From Geosiphon pyriformis uo1 (lineage: Eukaryota > Fungi > Glomeromycota): a stretch of 64,000 nucleotides of DNA. A model generated the notes under the pieces. It saw only the letters and a list, made by a program, of their open reading frames with translations. It did not search any database and was not told the origin of the DNA. Of the stretch, positions 36,407 through 49,186 are shown piece after piece; within the stretch, counting starts at the first letter, position 1, and the number at the start of each line of letters is the position of its first letter. The position numbers and the translations under genes were made by a program. The stretch covers positions 110,764-174,763 of the forward strand of contig JAAOMT010000706.1 in assembly GCA_016748015.1 (NCBI GenBank), in the 5' to 3' direction.

Positions 36407-39400
36407 ATGGAAAGAAAATTCGTAGCAGATGTTGACTATCATTACAATCGGGCGCGACAAAAATTCTATAACGACAAGCAAGTAGAATCACAAGTATACT
36501 TTCAATTCCTCCTAATTGATCTGAAATCACTTCCTTTTTTTACTACTTTTTTCTCCTTTAGAAATATGTTGAAGAAAATAACTATAGGTTATCGGGTTTA
36601 CTTCAAAATGCGCCTTTTATTGTTTCCACCTTTCTTGATGATCCATACCCTACAAATGAAAAGATACATAGAGTAGATCCTGGGAGTAAGAAAAACTCTA
36701 AGGCCCCCAGTAACTTGACCACTGTTACTACCGAGTTGAGCATCCAGGTAATTTCGTATTTTAGCTTCTTTTCCTTCTTTTTCTTATTAAATAAATAAAC
36801 ATTTATCTCATTTTAAGAGCTTTTTGTACAACGGCTCAAATTCAAAAAGAACTGAACAATACCCTGCTGTTGACATCTCATTTCATAAGCCAATACCTAA
36901 ATACACACTTTGGACTCCAATTCCACATAGCTCAAAAGTATAAACATTCTATATATTGGTTATTCCTGTTCTGGATGAGATTACATTGGCTCAAACATGG
37001 GAATACACATTAGACCGAGGATGACCCGGTTTTAAGGCATCTTCATTATTTTGGAGAAGAGGACGAAAATGACGATGATATCAACTATATGGAAGTTTAC
37101 GAAGACATAGTTGTTGGAGAGAAAAGTCTTGATTTAGAAGGTTCTTTGTTTATAAAGTTATTAAATATGAAAAATCAGAATTATCAATTTTCTTACTTTA
37201 ACTAAATTGATTTAGGAGAAAAAGTCGCCTTTATTACGATGAAACGTATTTTTGAGAATTATAGTATTTCTCATAGTGTTCTTGAAAGTTGCGCTGCCAA
37301 AATGGGAATAGAAGGTATACAACGAACTATAATTATTGATGATTCTGATGAAGACCAAGCGCAGGTTACGTTGGCTGAAATGTTGCTAAAGGCACTTGAA
37401 ACTACTCTGCAAAGCAGCGGGAAAGAATTACTCATTGAGTAAATATTTATTTAGTGAATTATATGTGTGCTTCCTGAAACAATTAATTAGTCATTCTATT
37501 TTCTTTTAAAGTTATCTGGAAAAAATTAATGGTTCTCAGGTTCCTTCTGAATCATCCATAAACCCAGATGTTGACAAGTAAGAGGGAACTTCAGTTGGGC
37601 ATTTTAATTTCTCCCCCTGCTAATTTTTCATTTAAATGGCTTAGTCCAATTGAGGTCATTTTCCCTCATAATATGATGCAATCTTATGCAAGTCATTGGT
37701 GCCGCCGCTGCTACGTATACGACTGTGAGCTTCATGGTCAGTTTTTTATTGTGAAATATATATGCCTAGAAATCTTCAGTAATTCTTAATCCTTTGTACG
37801 GTGATGTTTAGGGACCGAATTTCGACCAACTAAAGATAAAAAACGCCGCCGTCTTAATTCTGTGATAAGTGAACCATGTGGTCCAAGTTGTTATATGAAC
37901 GATAGCCATGAATATGATGCCGATGATCTCGATCCATGGAACACATTAGAAATTGCACTATTTCAAAAGGCCCTGGAATTCTTAGGGAAAAGGAATTTTT
38001 GTGCCGCCTCTGTGATTGTAAAAACAAAAACATGTCATCAGGTATTGCTTTGATGTACTTTTGTGGTTTAAAATATCCAAATTCAACTATATGGTTCTCT
38101 AAGTAGGTGTATAATCAAGCCATAAAAATCGGGCAAATTAGTCCCCCCAATGCTGATGAAAATGGTTCTTCTTCGGATGAATCAAAACAGCGCGCAGTGA
38201 AAGCAAAAAAGTCGGGAGCCAAAATTCAAGGAATAGGTAGTGTAAAGCCCAGTTTTCAATAATAATTTTCATAATTCTCAATTGCGAAATTTAACGTAAT
38301 TTACAGAGATTGATGCTGCAAATCACCTTCAATATACTCCTTGTGATCATCCCGGGAAGATTTGCGATAATGATTGCCCTTGTTTCCGAGGCAATTTATA
38401 TTGTGAAAAATTTTGTCGCTGCGATCCAGATTGTAAGTCAATATTATTCATAATTTACCCCAAGTTTTTGGCAATGACTTTATCTTGAAACAATAATTTT
38501 GCAGGTCCAAGAAGATTTCCTGGTTGTAATTGTAACAGTAACAAGGGATCTTGTTGCAACCGCTCATGCCATTGTTTCGCCAATTACCGCGAATGCGACC
38601 CCGACTTATGTTTATGCTCAGCTAGTGGTAAAATAAAATTTTCCCTTGTTATAACTCGACCTTTTTGATCGCTCTTTCACGCCAGTTCAATCTTCATTAT
38701 TTGATGATTTTTACAGATTTATTGGCATCGGCGCACGATTTTGATAGACGCCCCTGCAAAAACATTTGCATTCAGAGAGGGAAAGCTAAGGTCATTTACC
38801 TTCTAATAAACAGACAATGTTGAATTAAAATAAATAGCTATTGTCTCCATTAGCATACGATAGTTGGACAATCAGGCGTGGCTGGATGGGGACTTTTTGT
38901 CCGGGAACATGTGAAAAAAAACGAATTTTTAGGAGAATATATCGGTGAAGTAAATTATCTTTGTTCATTATCTTTCAATTGTGATTCCACATTTGTTTCT
39001 CATTAACGCACTACATCAACGATAGCTGATTTCCCAAGGCGAGGCTGATCGTCGAGGGAAAATTTACGACAAACGTGGAACCAGCTTTTTATTCAATTTG
39101 AATAAGGGTAAAAAATTTTTAACGCTTGATTTCTTTTCCCCAATAATCCTATGTTCTTATCTTAAACCCAAAATCCCAAGATTACGTAGTTGATGCTACT
39201 CGGAAAGGGAACAAATTTCGATTTGTAAATCATTCTTCAGATCCCAATTCATACGCCCGTGGTATAATTTCATTTATTAAGTCCCAATGAGATACAGTTT
39301 TTAATTCGAACTTACCTTTTTGCCTTTATTTAAAGTGACTTTGGTTAATGGTGAACATCGTATTGGTATTTACGCGCAGTGTGATCTAGAACCTGGTCAA

Positions 39401-39551
39401 GAATTATTCTTTGATTATCGGTATGTCTTGGAAATGAATTCTTTTTTTCATCAGTGGTTTGTAATTCTAAGAGTTTGGAAATTTCAGATATGATGGAGAA
39501 TCCTTGAAATTTGTACCATTTGAGCGTGAACGTTCGACGACAAAATCTTGA
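36407..39551 (+). CDS. EZH2: Enhancer of zeste-type histone H3K27 methyltransferase (PRC2 catalytic subunit; EZH2/KMT6/SET-7 family), about 16 exons
   Basis: Spliced translation gives the SAL-like [50 protein letters not shown]...PCGPSCY, SANT2 WNTLEIALF...[18 protein letters not shown]...[20 protein letters not shown]...RECDPDLC, and [54 protein letters not shown]. Stop TGA at 39549-39551. Confidence 0.95.
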
Positions 39552-39883
39552 ATTTTTTTCCATGGAGAACTTTTCTCATTAATTCGAAGCGGATAGCTTC
39601 AAAACGGGGGATTTTGGCAATATGAATTTCACCCTCCGCTTTTCGCAAAAACTTGAGACAAATTTTTAAAAAGTAATATTATTGATAGTTTGTAAAGTTG
39701 ACTGTTAAAAGTCAGTGAAACTGTTTTTTTCAAAGAATTTTTTGATTAAGATAATTCATTTGAAACATCATGCTTTAAAATAGCTTTGGTGCCATTACGC
39801 TTAATCGTAATTAGCACAATCATCAAGTTTAAAATCTTTTTTTGCTGTGAAATATTTTTTGATTTCATTTCATTTTTAAACCA

Positions 39884-40260
39884 TTTTTTTATTCAGTTTA
39901 ATGGTGAGGCCCAATCACTATCTAATACAATACAACAACCAAGTGGTTTAAATTAAATGTGATTCATGCTTTTTTTACATGTGACCAGCCATTCGGGCCA
40001 ATCAAGACTACACTACACAATTATATTAACTGAAACTTTCTCATCTAGCCCAAAAAAGAACAAACAACACATCTTCAAACCAAAAATTTACAGCATGACT
40101 TTTTATAATTCCAAGGAACTGCATCACACCATCTAAAAAAATGGCAGAATGTTAACAAACATTAAACTATTATTAAACAACAAATTTTTCTTTTGGCCAA
40201 AAACTATAAACAAAATCAATTATTTTTAATACAATGGTTTTATATTATTAAAAACAGATA
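39884..40260 (-). mobile_element. 3' fragment of the LINE family seen at 42412-49172
   Basis: Reverse complement aligns with the 3' UTR at 49030-49170 (GGCTGGTCACRTGTA...GCATGA...TTAGRTAGTG); T-run at the gene-proximal end. Confidence 0.75.
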
Positions 40261-40699
40261 AAACTTTAACCAATTAGTTTTTAAACACAAAATTCTTGTA
40301 CATAGCCATATATAAATTATTATTATTATTATTATTTAGCATTAATAATTGCAGTATTAAAAATGTATTCATATTTGTACTAATTATAAATTATTAAAAA
40401 AAAAATTTATTTAACAAATATTAATAAATAAATAAATTTTTATTGTATACAAAACTATAATCTGAAATTTTTATTTTATTATATTATATTTGAATAAATT
40501 GTATTATAAAACTATTTTTTAAATATTATTAACAATTTTTTATGTAATATTTTTATTATATATATATGTAAATTGTTTGTAATTTTGTTTATAAATTCAA
40601 AAGCTATGTAAAAGTTAAAATATTAAACTAAAATCATATAATTTTAATAAATATTTTTTATTAACAAAGAATTAATATTTTCACTACCAAATTTTTTTT

Positions 40700-41800
40700 A
40701 ATATTATTTAATAAATACAGTTTAATTACTATCTAATACAAAAAAAACCAAGTAATCTTAATTAAATATAACTTATGTATTTATTACACATAACCAGTTA
40801 CTTAGATCAATTAAGACAATATTATATATTTATACAAATCTCTATATTATTATTTATATTTAAAAAAACAAACAAACTTTATATAATTTAAAATTAACAG
40901 TAAATAATTTTATAATATTTAATAAACAAATTATTTCAATTAACAAAAAATTAAACAAGTTACAAAAAACATTGAACAATACTTTTTTATTATTATTAAG
41001 CTATTTTTTTTTATGTTTATTTTGAACTTAAATCTAAATATTCACAATTTACTATAATGTTTCTTAGCCAAATAACAAATAAAATTAATTATTTCTGATT
41101 CTATTCTTTTTTTATTATCAAAAATCAATATCACTTATCAATTTAATCTTTAAAAATAAAGTTTTTATACAAAAACATTTTTTGAATAAGTAAAAACATG
41201 ATTAGACAATTCAATATTACAATATATCAAACACAAAATATTTGGATAATTTTTATTATAAAGTCTTTTCTTAATTATAATTACTAACTTTCTATGAACA
41301 GTTTTTATTAAATAGGTGTAAAAAACAATTAAAGATTTGTTGATATACTCAAAATACATATAAAAATCTAAATACTAAATTAAGACAATACAAATCCAAT
41401 TTATATCTTAAATAAATAAATTATTCACAATCTTTGTATCAAGACTTATTTTTTATTAAATATAATAAACTATTTAATAAATATTGCAAACAAAATAACA
41501 AGCATTACTTGATACAATCAAACTATTAACTATGATAAATTTTTTATAAATTTTAACAGAAAAAGCTAAATAAAACTGTGCTATAATATATGTAAAAATA
41601 TTTGCTTAGTTATTGCCAGTATTATTTTAATGGTTTTTGATTTTTATTTACTTTATAAAAATGTCTTTTAACTTAATCAAATTAATTATATAATATTGTT
41701 TTATTCAATACTTGTTTTGAAAATTAGACAGATTAAGTTTAAGCTTTAAAATTTACCAAATTTTATTTTTTATTAAGCATATTTAATTATATTATATATT
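40700..41800 (-). mobile_element. AT-mutated LINE relic (3' UTR, CCHC region)
   Basis: ORF 41165-41359 YTYLIKTVHRKLVIIIKKRLYNKNYPNILCLIYCNIELSNHVF aligns with intact-copy HTYFMKALHCQLPVAVQKCLYNRFYPSVVCLYCDNVEVSDHVF; degenerate 3' UTR at 40710-40830. Confidence 0.7.
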
Positions 41801-42550
41801 AACTTAATAAAATAATAAATATTATTAAATATTATTTTATTATTAATTATTAAAAATTTTAAAAATTTTATTTTATTATTAATATGTTAAAATATTAAAA
41901 TATTTTTTAATTTTAAATTATTTAATCGTAATTTTTTTATTAATTAATATAAAATTAAATATAAATAACTTTAATTTAACTTAATTAATATTTAAAAATA
42001 TCTAATATAGTAATATTAACCTATAAATTTTTACTAATATATCTAAATTTAAATTTAAAACTATATTATAAAATTTTTTATAATATTAAATGTATTAATA
42101 TTTTTAATTAAATATATTTTTTTAAATTTAAATAAATATTTTATATTTTGTTTAAATATAATAATAAACAAAAACATTTTTTTTTAATAAATTATTATCC
42201 AAAACAAAATTTAATATATATATATACTTTAAATATTTTTAACAATAAAAGTTTTTTTATGTAAAGCAAATTTTATAACTATTTAAAAACTAATTAATAA
42301 AAGTAATTTCAAAACATTTATTATTAAAATATTATTAGCCAAGTAATATTATAATCTAAAAAAAAATTATTTAAAAAATTAACTTTTAATTTTATTGAAA
42401 ACTGTAAAAAAACTTCTTTATCTTCTTCGTCCAAAATTCCCAAAAAAGAGTTAAAAGTTTTTTTTTTGAAAAAAGTTTTTTACCATTCAGTACAATAAAT
42501 CAAAACCATTCTTTAATTACGAGGCCACTATTGGCTCTGTTATTGCTGTT

Positions 42551-44354
42551 ATAAAGAAGACTATAAAAGTTTCTGGTTTTGAGGGTGGTTTTAAGGCAGT
42601 TGTGTCGAGGAAGAAGAGAAAGGAAGGTGTATTGGCAGAAAGTATTGATAATAAAGAGGTTGCTGCTGAAACTTCTGGTGCTTATTCATGGGGTTTTGAG
42701 ACAGGTGACACTACTGAGTCTGAGAGTATTGACATGGAGGAGGAGTGTTTGGTTGAAGAAACCAGTGTTGACTATGGTAAAAGTGGTGCTTTCACAAAAA
42801 GAGATTCTAATCAAACACTGAAGGGTTTGTGTATAAAGACCAAAAAAGTGTTAGGGAAGCCTCTGGGTGTGATTGATTATAGTACTGTTAATACAGACGA
42901 TAATGTGTTAGACAATTTCTTTTTTTTTCTGCTCCCTTTACCTATCAAACTAACCATTCAAGTACCTGTTTGCAAATTCTTTGCTTTAAATATTAATCTT
43001 GTGGCCATCACTGGGAAGTCCTCTCAGGAAAAATTAAGTTTTATCAAAAAAATTTTTTTGAGTGTGAATGGTTTTGGGGAGGCTTTTACTCCCTCAAAAT
43101 TTGGTGGAATTATTTGTGTGACTTTCACTTTGGAAAAAGCAATGATGGCTGCTGGAAAGTTGGCAAATAATCATGGTGTTGTGATAAACACCAATCTCAA
43201 GCGCTCTGTAAACAACCATACAAATCAGGCAATTGTGTTAAAAAAGATTCCTGTGGGAACTTCTATTGAGACTGTACGCATGACTGTGTCTGAGTTTGGG
43301 AAGATTAAAATGATCAAAATGCAACTAGTTGGTTTGTGACAAAAGGTAATCATTGAATTGGAGGATCAAGATCAAGCTAATCTATTGGTTACTGAGTGGT
43401 CTATTCTTATTGGTAAAGATGTGGTTCGTGTGGCCAGAGCAGACATTGATAAACAAACGTGAGATACTAGGGATAAATTTAGAGTGTTGCTTTACACTCT
43501 TCCTGTGGGAACAACAGCTTATAATCTATGGGATTTCATTGGCTCTGTGAGTGAGAAAACATGCATGATCAACCACAATTCTGTCAACTACAATTGTGCA
43601 TGCTGTACCATTGTGTGTTTTGGTTCTGAAATTGACATGACTTGGGCCATGGCCAACACCCCAGTTATAAAAAGGATTGGTTTCTGCTGGTTGGATTTGG
43701 TCACCCCTTTATGTTCTGCTTGCAATTCTTTGGGTCACTCACTTTTGGTTTGTAAGTCGGCTGCTGCGTCTCTTAGTCCTAAGAGCAAGAAGGCTCCTCT
43801 CTCAGCTCAGGATAGGTTCAGGTTGGCAAAAATTTATGAGAAGAAATCTGCCCCTATTTTCCGGCCTTTGGTTTTTGGTGGTAAATCTTGGGCATCTGTG
43901 GTTGGCTCACCTCTTTTCCTTGCTCCTTCTGGTAGTCTGTTTACTTTTGGTTCTACTAGTAATGGTAAACCTCTTTTTCACATTAATGGTGTTTTGGAAA
44001 AACGACTAAATAGTATTGAAAACAGTCTCATCAGCCTTGTGGAACAAATTGGTGAGTTGGCTAAGAAGTTGGATTCACTCGTGCTGGCAGTTCTCCAGCC
44101 TAGTTCTGGATGTCAGCTGTTGGTGACCCCCCCCCCCATCACAGAATCAAGGGGAGGATATAGTGATGGGAGTGGGCTCAAGTGAAGCTACTAGTGGTAA
44201 GACTGTTATAACTTTGAATTTGTTGACATCCCCCCATGTTATTAAATTAGAGAATATGTTGGAAGGTCTTTCTAAATCTGTGTTAATCTTGTCTGCTCAC
44301 TTTGATAGTTTGGCACTGGTTGAAGGTGCAAATTTACAACCCCCTTCTCAATGA
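42551..44354 (+). pseudogene. LINE ORF1 (RRM-like repeats, CCHC knuckle, coiled coil)
   Basis: AIVLKKIPVGTS...SEFGKI and LLYTLPVGTT (RRM-like); CSACNSLGHSLLVC; heptad LEKRLNSIENSLISLVEQIGELAKKL. The start is probably ATG mutated to ATA at 42551; stops and a frameshift present. Confidence 0.8.
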
Positions 44355-47300
44355 GTGGTCTAATTTGAAAAATTGCTACATGCAATGTTTGTGAATTGAA
44401 CAATCCTGCTAAACAATTGGATGTTATTCGTTGGCATAAAGAAATGGACAATCTGATTTCGATTGTCACTGAAACTAAGCTAAAAGGTAAAATCCGTCCA
44501 TGGATTATAAACAAGTTTGATGGTGTCAGAGTTTTCACTTCAGGTTTGAATGTTGGTCATTTGGGTTCTGGTGTGGCAATAATTATGAACAATTTTTTGG
44601 CTTGGCATATGTGTAAGGTTTTGGACATTCCTGGTCAGCTTTTTTCTATCAAGTTGCTCTTCGGAAACAAACTTTCTGTGTTGATTGTGGGACTGTATGC
44701 TGGGGCATCTCTAGAGATGTATTTCTTTTAAACAAGTAATGTTAATTCTATGATTGCAAAGGCTGTTAATGAGTCTTTTTTCGTCATCTTGGGTGGCGAT
44801 TTCAATAAAGACAGTTCTCATAAGAGTGCTAGCTTCAAAAAATGTTTCGATTTGGGCTTAGTCAATTTTTTGGGTGGGAGTTCATTTGCAAAAGCAGCAA
44901 CATAGAGCAATTCTCGGAGTATTACCAAGACTATTGATTACTTGTTTGTCTCATCAAATTTGGTCAATGCAGTAGTGAATCATGATGTGTCTGTTGTTGA
45001 TGAGTACTTTAACATTGATCATAATGCCATCTCTGTTTTTGTGAATCTTGGTGGCCTCCTGGACATGCATTTGAACTCATTGCACAAACAGATAAATAGG
45101 GATTGTTAGAAATACAATTTTAAGGGTGCCAATGAGACTAAGTGGGTCAAGTTTAAAAAACATATAGTGGCAAATGCTGCTATGTTTTGTGATGAGTTCT
45201 GTGTTGCTTCAGAAGGTTCAGATCTGGATTCAATGTGGAACACTCTTCGTCAAGTGATGTGTTTGTCAGCCAAGAGTGTTTTTGGGAAGAAGTGGTTCAA
45301 GGATTACGACAATGTCTTTAATAAGCCATTCTCTAGATTTCATAAATTAGAACTTTTGGTATCAAGGATTGTTAAGGCATCATGTCTGGTATTTCATGAA
45401 AAGTTTGTCTTCCTACTTGATTTGTGGAGTGGACTTGATCCAGCTAATGCCTCTGTTATTAAGTCTTTTTTTCTTTCGGATTCCCATTTTAACACCATTC
45501 AGTCAGCTTTGGCCAGGATTAGAAAAGATTATCATTCATCCAAGTTAGCAGAATCAGTCTGTGCTAAAGAGTCTCAGATTAGGTCAGCAATTGACAAAAG
45601 AATAAAGAGCTTTGAGTTGGACAAAGATCATATTATTCAGAGTGTTTTGGAGCATCCTTTTCGCAAAGTGGTTTTGAACCACTTGGTGATAGGCGATGAG
45701 CTAATTTTAGAACCCGATCCTGTGAAGTTTAAGATGAATAAGATTATGGAAGGTTAAACTCGCTCCTGTCAGGTGGTTGCTGATGTTTCTAGCAATTGGT
45801 GTCATCAATATCAGCTCTTGGATTATGTTTTTAATGAAGTCTTTTCTGGTGTGATAAGTTCAATTAGTTTTAATGAGTTGTTTGGAGTGGTTTCTGGTCT
45901 GTCTGATGACAAAACTGCTGGTCTTTCTGGCATTTCAAATGAACTTTGGAAGCATTGTAATAAATCTGTTTTAGATATGCTTTTAGTTCTCTTGAATTCT
46001 TGTTTGTTATGTGAATTGGTATCCAGTTCTTGGAAGGAGGCTTGGGTCTCAATGATTTCCAAGCCATATGAGTGGGAAAGTGTGCTAACAAACACTCATT
46101 CTATTGCTTTAATTGAGACAGCTCATAAAATTCTATTTAAGATTCTCTCTGACAGGATTTCTTCAGCATGTAACACATTTAACATCTTTTGTGGTGACAA
46201 CTTCTTGGTTTTGAAGGGTACAACTACCCAATCCCCCATTTTTGCTATTGGTTCTATTGTTGAGGATGCTCTGAAAAAGGACTGTGAGCTATGGCTTGTT
46301 TTACAAGACATGTGGAAGGTGTATGACTCAGTTGGTTGGGAGCATCTTAGAAAATGTTTGGTCAGGATTAAAATGTGTAACAAGTTCATTTGGTTTTTTG
46401 GTAATATTTATCAGAATTGTACCAATCAAGTTATGACGAATTTTGGGCTGATGAGTGGTTATCATGTGCATGATGGTTTGGATCAAGAAGAGGTCTTTTT
46501 TCCTCTTTTGTGGCACATATTTTATGATCTGCTCTTGTGTGAAGTCAAGTGGTAAAAGAGTGTGTGTGGTTATAGACTTAAATCTTATTTTGTCTCCAGG
46601 CGTGGTTATGCTAAGTCTTGGGCTAGACTTTTTACTTTTTTTGCTGCTGGCACATTTGTCAATGATACTATTTGGGTCGACAGCAGTCAAAGTGCCACTC
46701 AACATATTTTTGATATTGCTAGTGAGTTTTTTCATATCAATGATATTTCGATTAACAATAACAAAACAGTGGCCATCCCTATTAATAGTAAGGTCAATAT
46801 TCCTTCTCTTTCCATTAGTAGTGTGCCCATTGCTATTGCTAGGAAGGGCGAGTCTCATTGTTATTTGGGTATTTTTCTTTCAACAAAGGGCCTCTCAAGG
46901 TTTAGTTTAGCCAAAGCACATTCGGGCATTTGGTTTTTCACCAATCTGGTTCTGAAGAAGGCTGTCTTTAATAAACAATTCTCATATTTGGTTTCGGCAG
47001 TACTTCACTCCATTGTTAGTTATAAGACCCAGTTTAGCTCCATTTCAGTTGGTGTGTACAACAAATGTGATGTCATGATTCATAGGAGTTTAAAGCTTAA
47101 GTCAAGTCTGCCACTCGATTTTCCTGGTAATACGATTCATCACCCCTCCTTTTATGGTTTGAAGTTTTTTTTGCAAATTCAGTCAGAGAACAAAGTGGCC
47201 TCCCTTATCAGTTTTGTGAATTCCAGTGGTGTTTTGAATCACTTATTTTCTTACAGGTCTCATGATTTACAGGTTTTGTGTTGGTGCCCTATTCACCTAT

Positions 47301-49039
47301 TGTGTTCTTCTGTTCATATTCACATCAGTGCTTCCAAAAACTTTCTGGCAGGCATGGCTCACATTTTTTTCAATTGTAAATTGTTCTTGGATGGCTTTTT
47401 TGTTAGTGCATTTTGTTTTAATGGTGGGGTGCCCATGTCAGATGTTCTGGGCGAATTAAGATTTTCTAGGTTTCTTCCTTCTCTCTGGCGTTATGATATA
47501 GCTTTTGTTGATCAACTCCATAATTATTATAGTTCTATCTTTAGTTGGTCCACATTCAAATGGTGGAAGAAGTTAGACCCTTGTGGCTCTGTCCTGAATT
47601 GGTTTAAGCTTTCTACTGTGTATCTCAATAATGAGACTCTTTCTTCTGCTCCCCCATTAGTTTTAGATGTAGTTGGTTCTTCGAATATTCTTGGTTCTAG
47701 TGTATTTTTTTCTATTTGTGATTATCTCTTATGTGTTGACACTGGTTGTTTGTCTGTTTACACAAACAGGTCTCTGAAGAATCTGGACACAGTCGGCTGC
47801 AGAGCTGGTGCTGCTGTCTATTTTGAGGACATTAATCTGGGCTTAGGTGTTGGTGTTTCAGGTTTGATGTCATCCACCTTGGTAGAATTGCAAGCTATTA
47901 CTTTGGCCCTGGAGTGCGTCCTCCATTCCAGTTCTGTTCACCTGTTTTCAGATAGTCAATTTGCCTTGGATGCATGCAAGTCTGAGTTAGATTTGTTGAG
48001 TCCTGACTTTCACAATCAGTGTTAGATAGAGTGCCGGCACATTGCTAACATTGTTCATAAGAGAAATTTGAGGGTTGGCTGGCACAAGGTTAAAGGTCAC
48101 TTAGGTATAATGGGGAATGAGCGTGCTGACAAGATTGCTGGTTCTGATTTCATTTCTGATTGGTTTCTTTCTTCTCACTTGAATGAGTGCTTTTTGGTGG
48201 CCGACAGCAGTGTGGTTTCTGGCAATTCTAGGCATTTTGTCCATGATATTTTTCGTTCCATCTGCTGTGCGTGTTGGGAGGTTGGTTCGGATTCAAGGTT
48301 TTTGGCAGATGATTTGGTTTCCAAAGTTGATTGGTCGCGATCTTCTCTGGTGTGGCATTCAGATTTGCATATGGCCACTGAGTTTACCAGCAGAGTCTTG
48401 GCTTATGCTCATACTTATTTTATGAAGGCTTTGCATTGTCAGCTACCAGTGGCTGTTCAGAAGTGCCTTTATAATAGATTTTACCCTAGTGTGGTGTGTT
48501 TGTATTGTGACAATGTGGAGGTTTCGGATCATGTGTTTTTCTGTAAGATTAATGATTCTGCTTGGCAACAGTTATTGGAGTCTCATGTGAGTTCTTGGAA
48601 GGCTCTTTCTGGCTTATCCCCTGCTTCTTCAGGTATATTGTGACTTTTGTCATTCTGTGTTTCTGGTTTCTTATTGTCAATGGCTCTTTACAAGGGTTTT
48701 GTTTTTAACGATTGGTTTTACAAGACTGTTAATGTTTTTCATGACTCCAGAGTGGCTGGTTCTAAGATTGTGGATTTCACACATTCTCTGGGTCTTGCCT
48801 TTAGAGATAATATCTGGTTGATTTGTGTAAGACATCATGCATACATAGAAAAACATAGGTTGATCCCTTTGGGCAGTTCAGCTCCCATTTTGGTATCTGG
48901 TTTGTTATCGAGGTTCTCTGTCAGTGTAGTCAATTTGTTGGATGTTGTTGAGGCTTTCGGTGTTTGTTTTGGTTTTTACAGATAGTGTTTGTTTTTTTTA
49001 GGCATTCATGATGCAGTTTTGGTTCGCATATCTGTGTAG
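44351..49039 (+). pseudogene. LINE ORF2: AP endonuclease, reverse transcriptase, RNase H, C-terminal CCHC
   Basis: IATCNV, VTETKL, LGGDFN, TIDYLF, IDHNA (APE); QDMWKVYDSV, GLDQEE, FVNDT (from FVDDT; RT); VYTNRS, ELQAI, FSDSQ, KVKGHLGIMGNERAD (RNase H); CLYCDNVEVSDHVFFC. Confidence 0.9.
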
Positions 49040-49186
49040 TGTTGTTCTAACTGACTCAAGTGGCTGGTCACGTGTAGAAAGTGCATGATTCATGCCTAAT
49101 TTAGATCATTTCTTTGATGTATAGCATTAGGTAGTGTTTGGACTTCACTTATTAAAATATAAAAAAAAAAAAAAAACTGTAAAAAA

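Larger units (their letters stand above)
42412..49172 (+). mobile_element. Full-length non-LTR retrotransposon (LINE) with ORF1 and APE-RT-RNase H-CCHC ORF2, poly(A) tail
   Basis: 14-bp TSD AAAACTGTAAAAAA at 42398-42411 and 49173-49186; poly(A) from about 49161; domain motifs as in the ORF1 and ORF2 entries. Confidence 0.93.
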
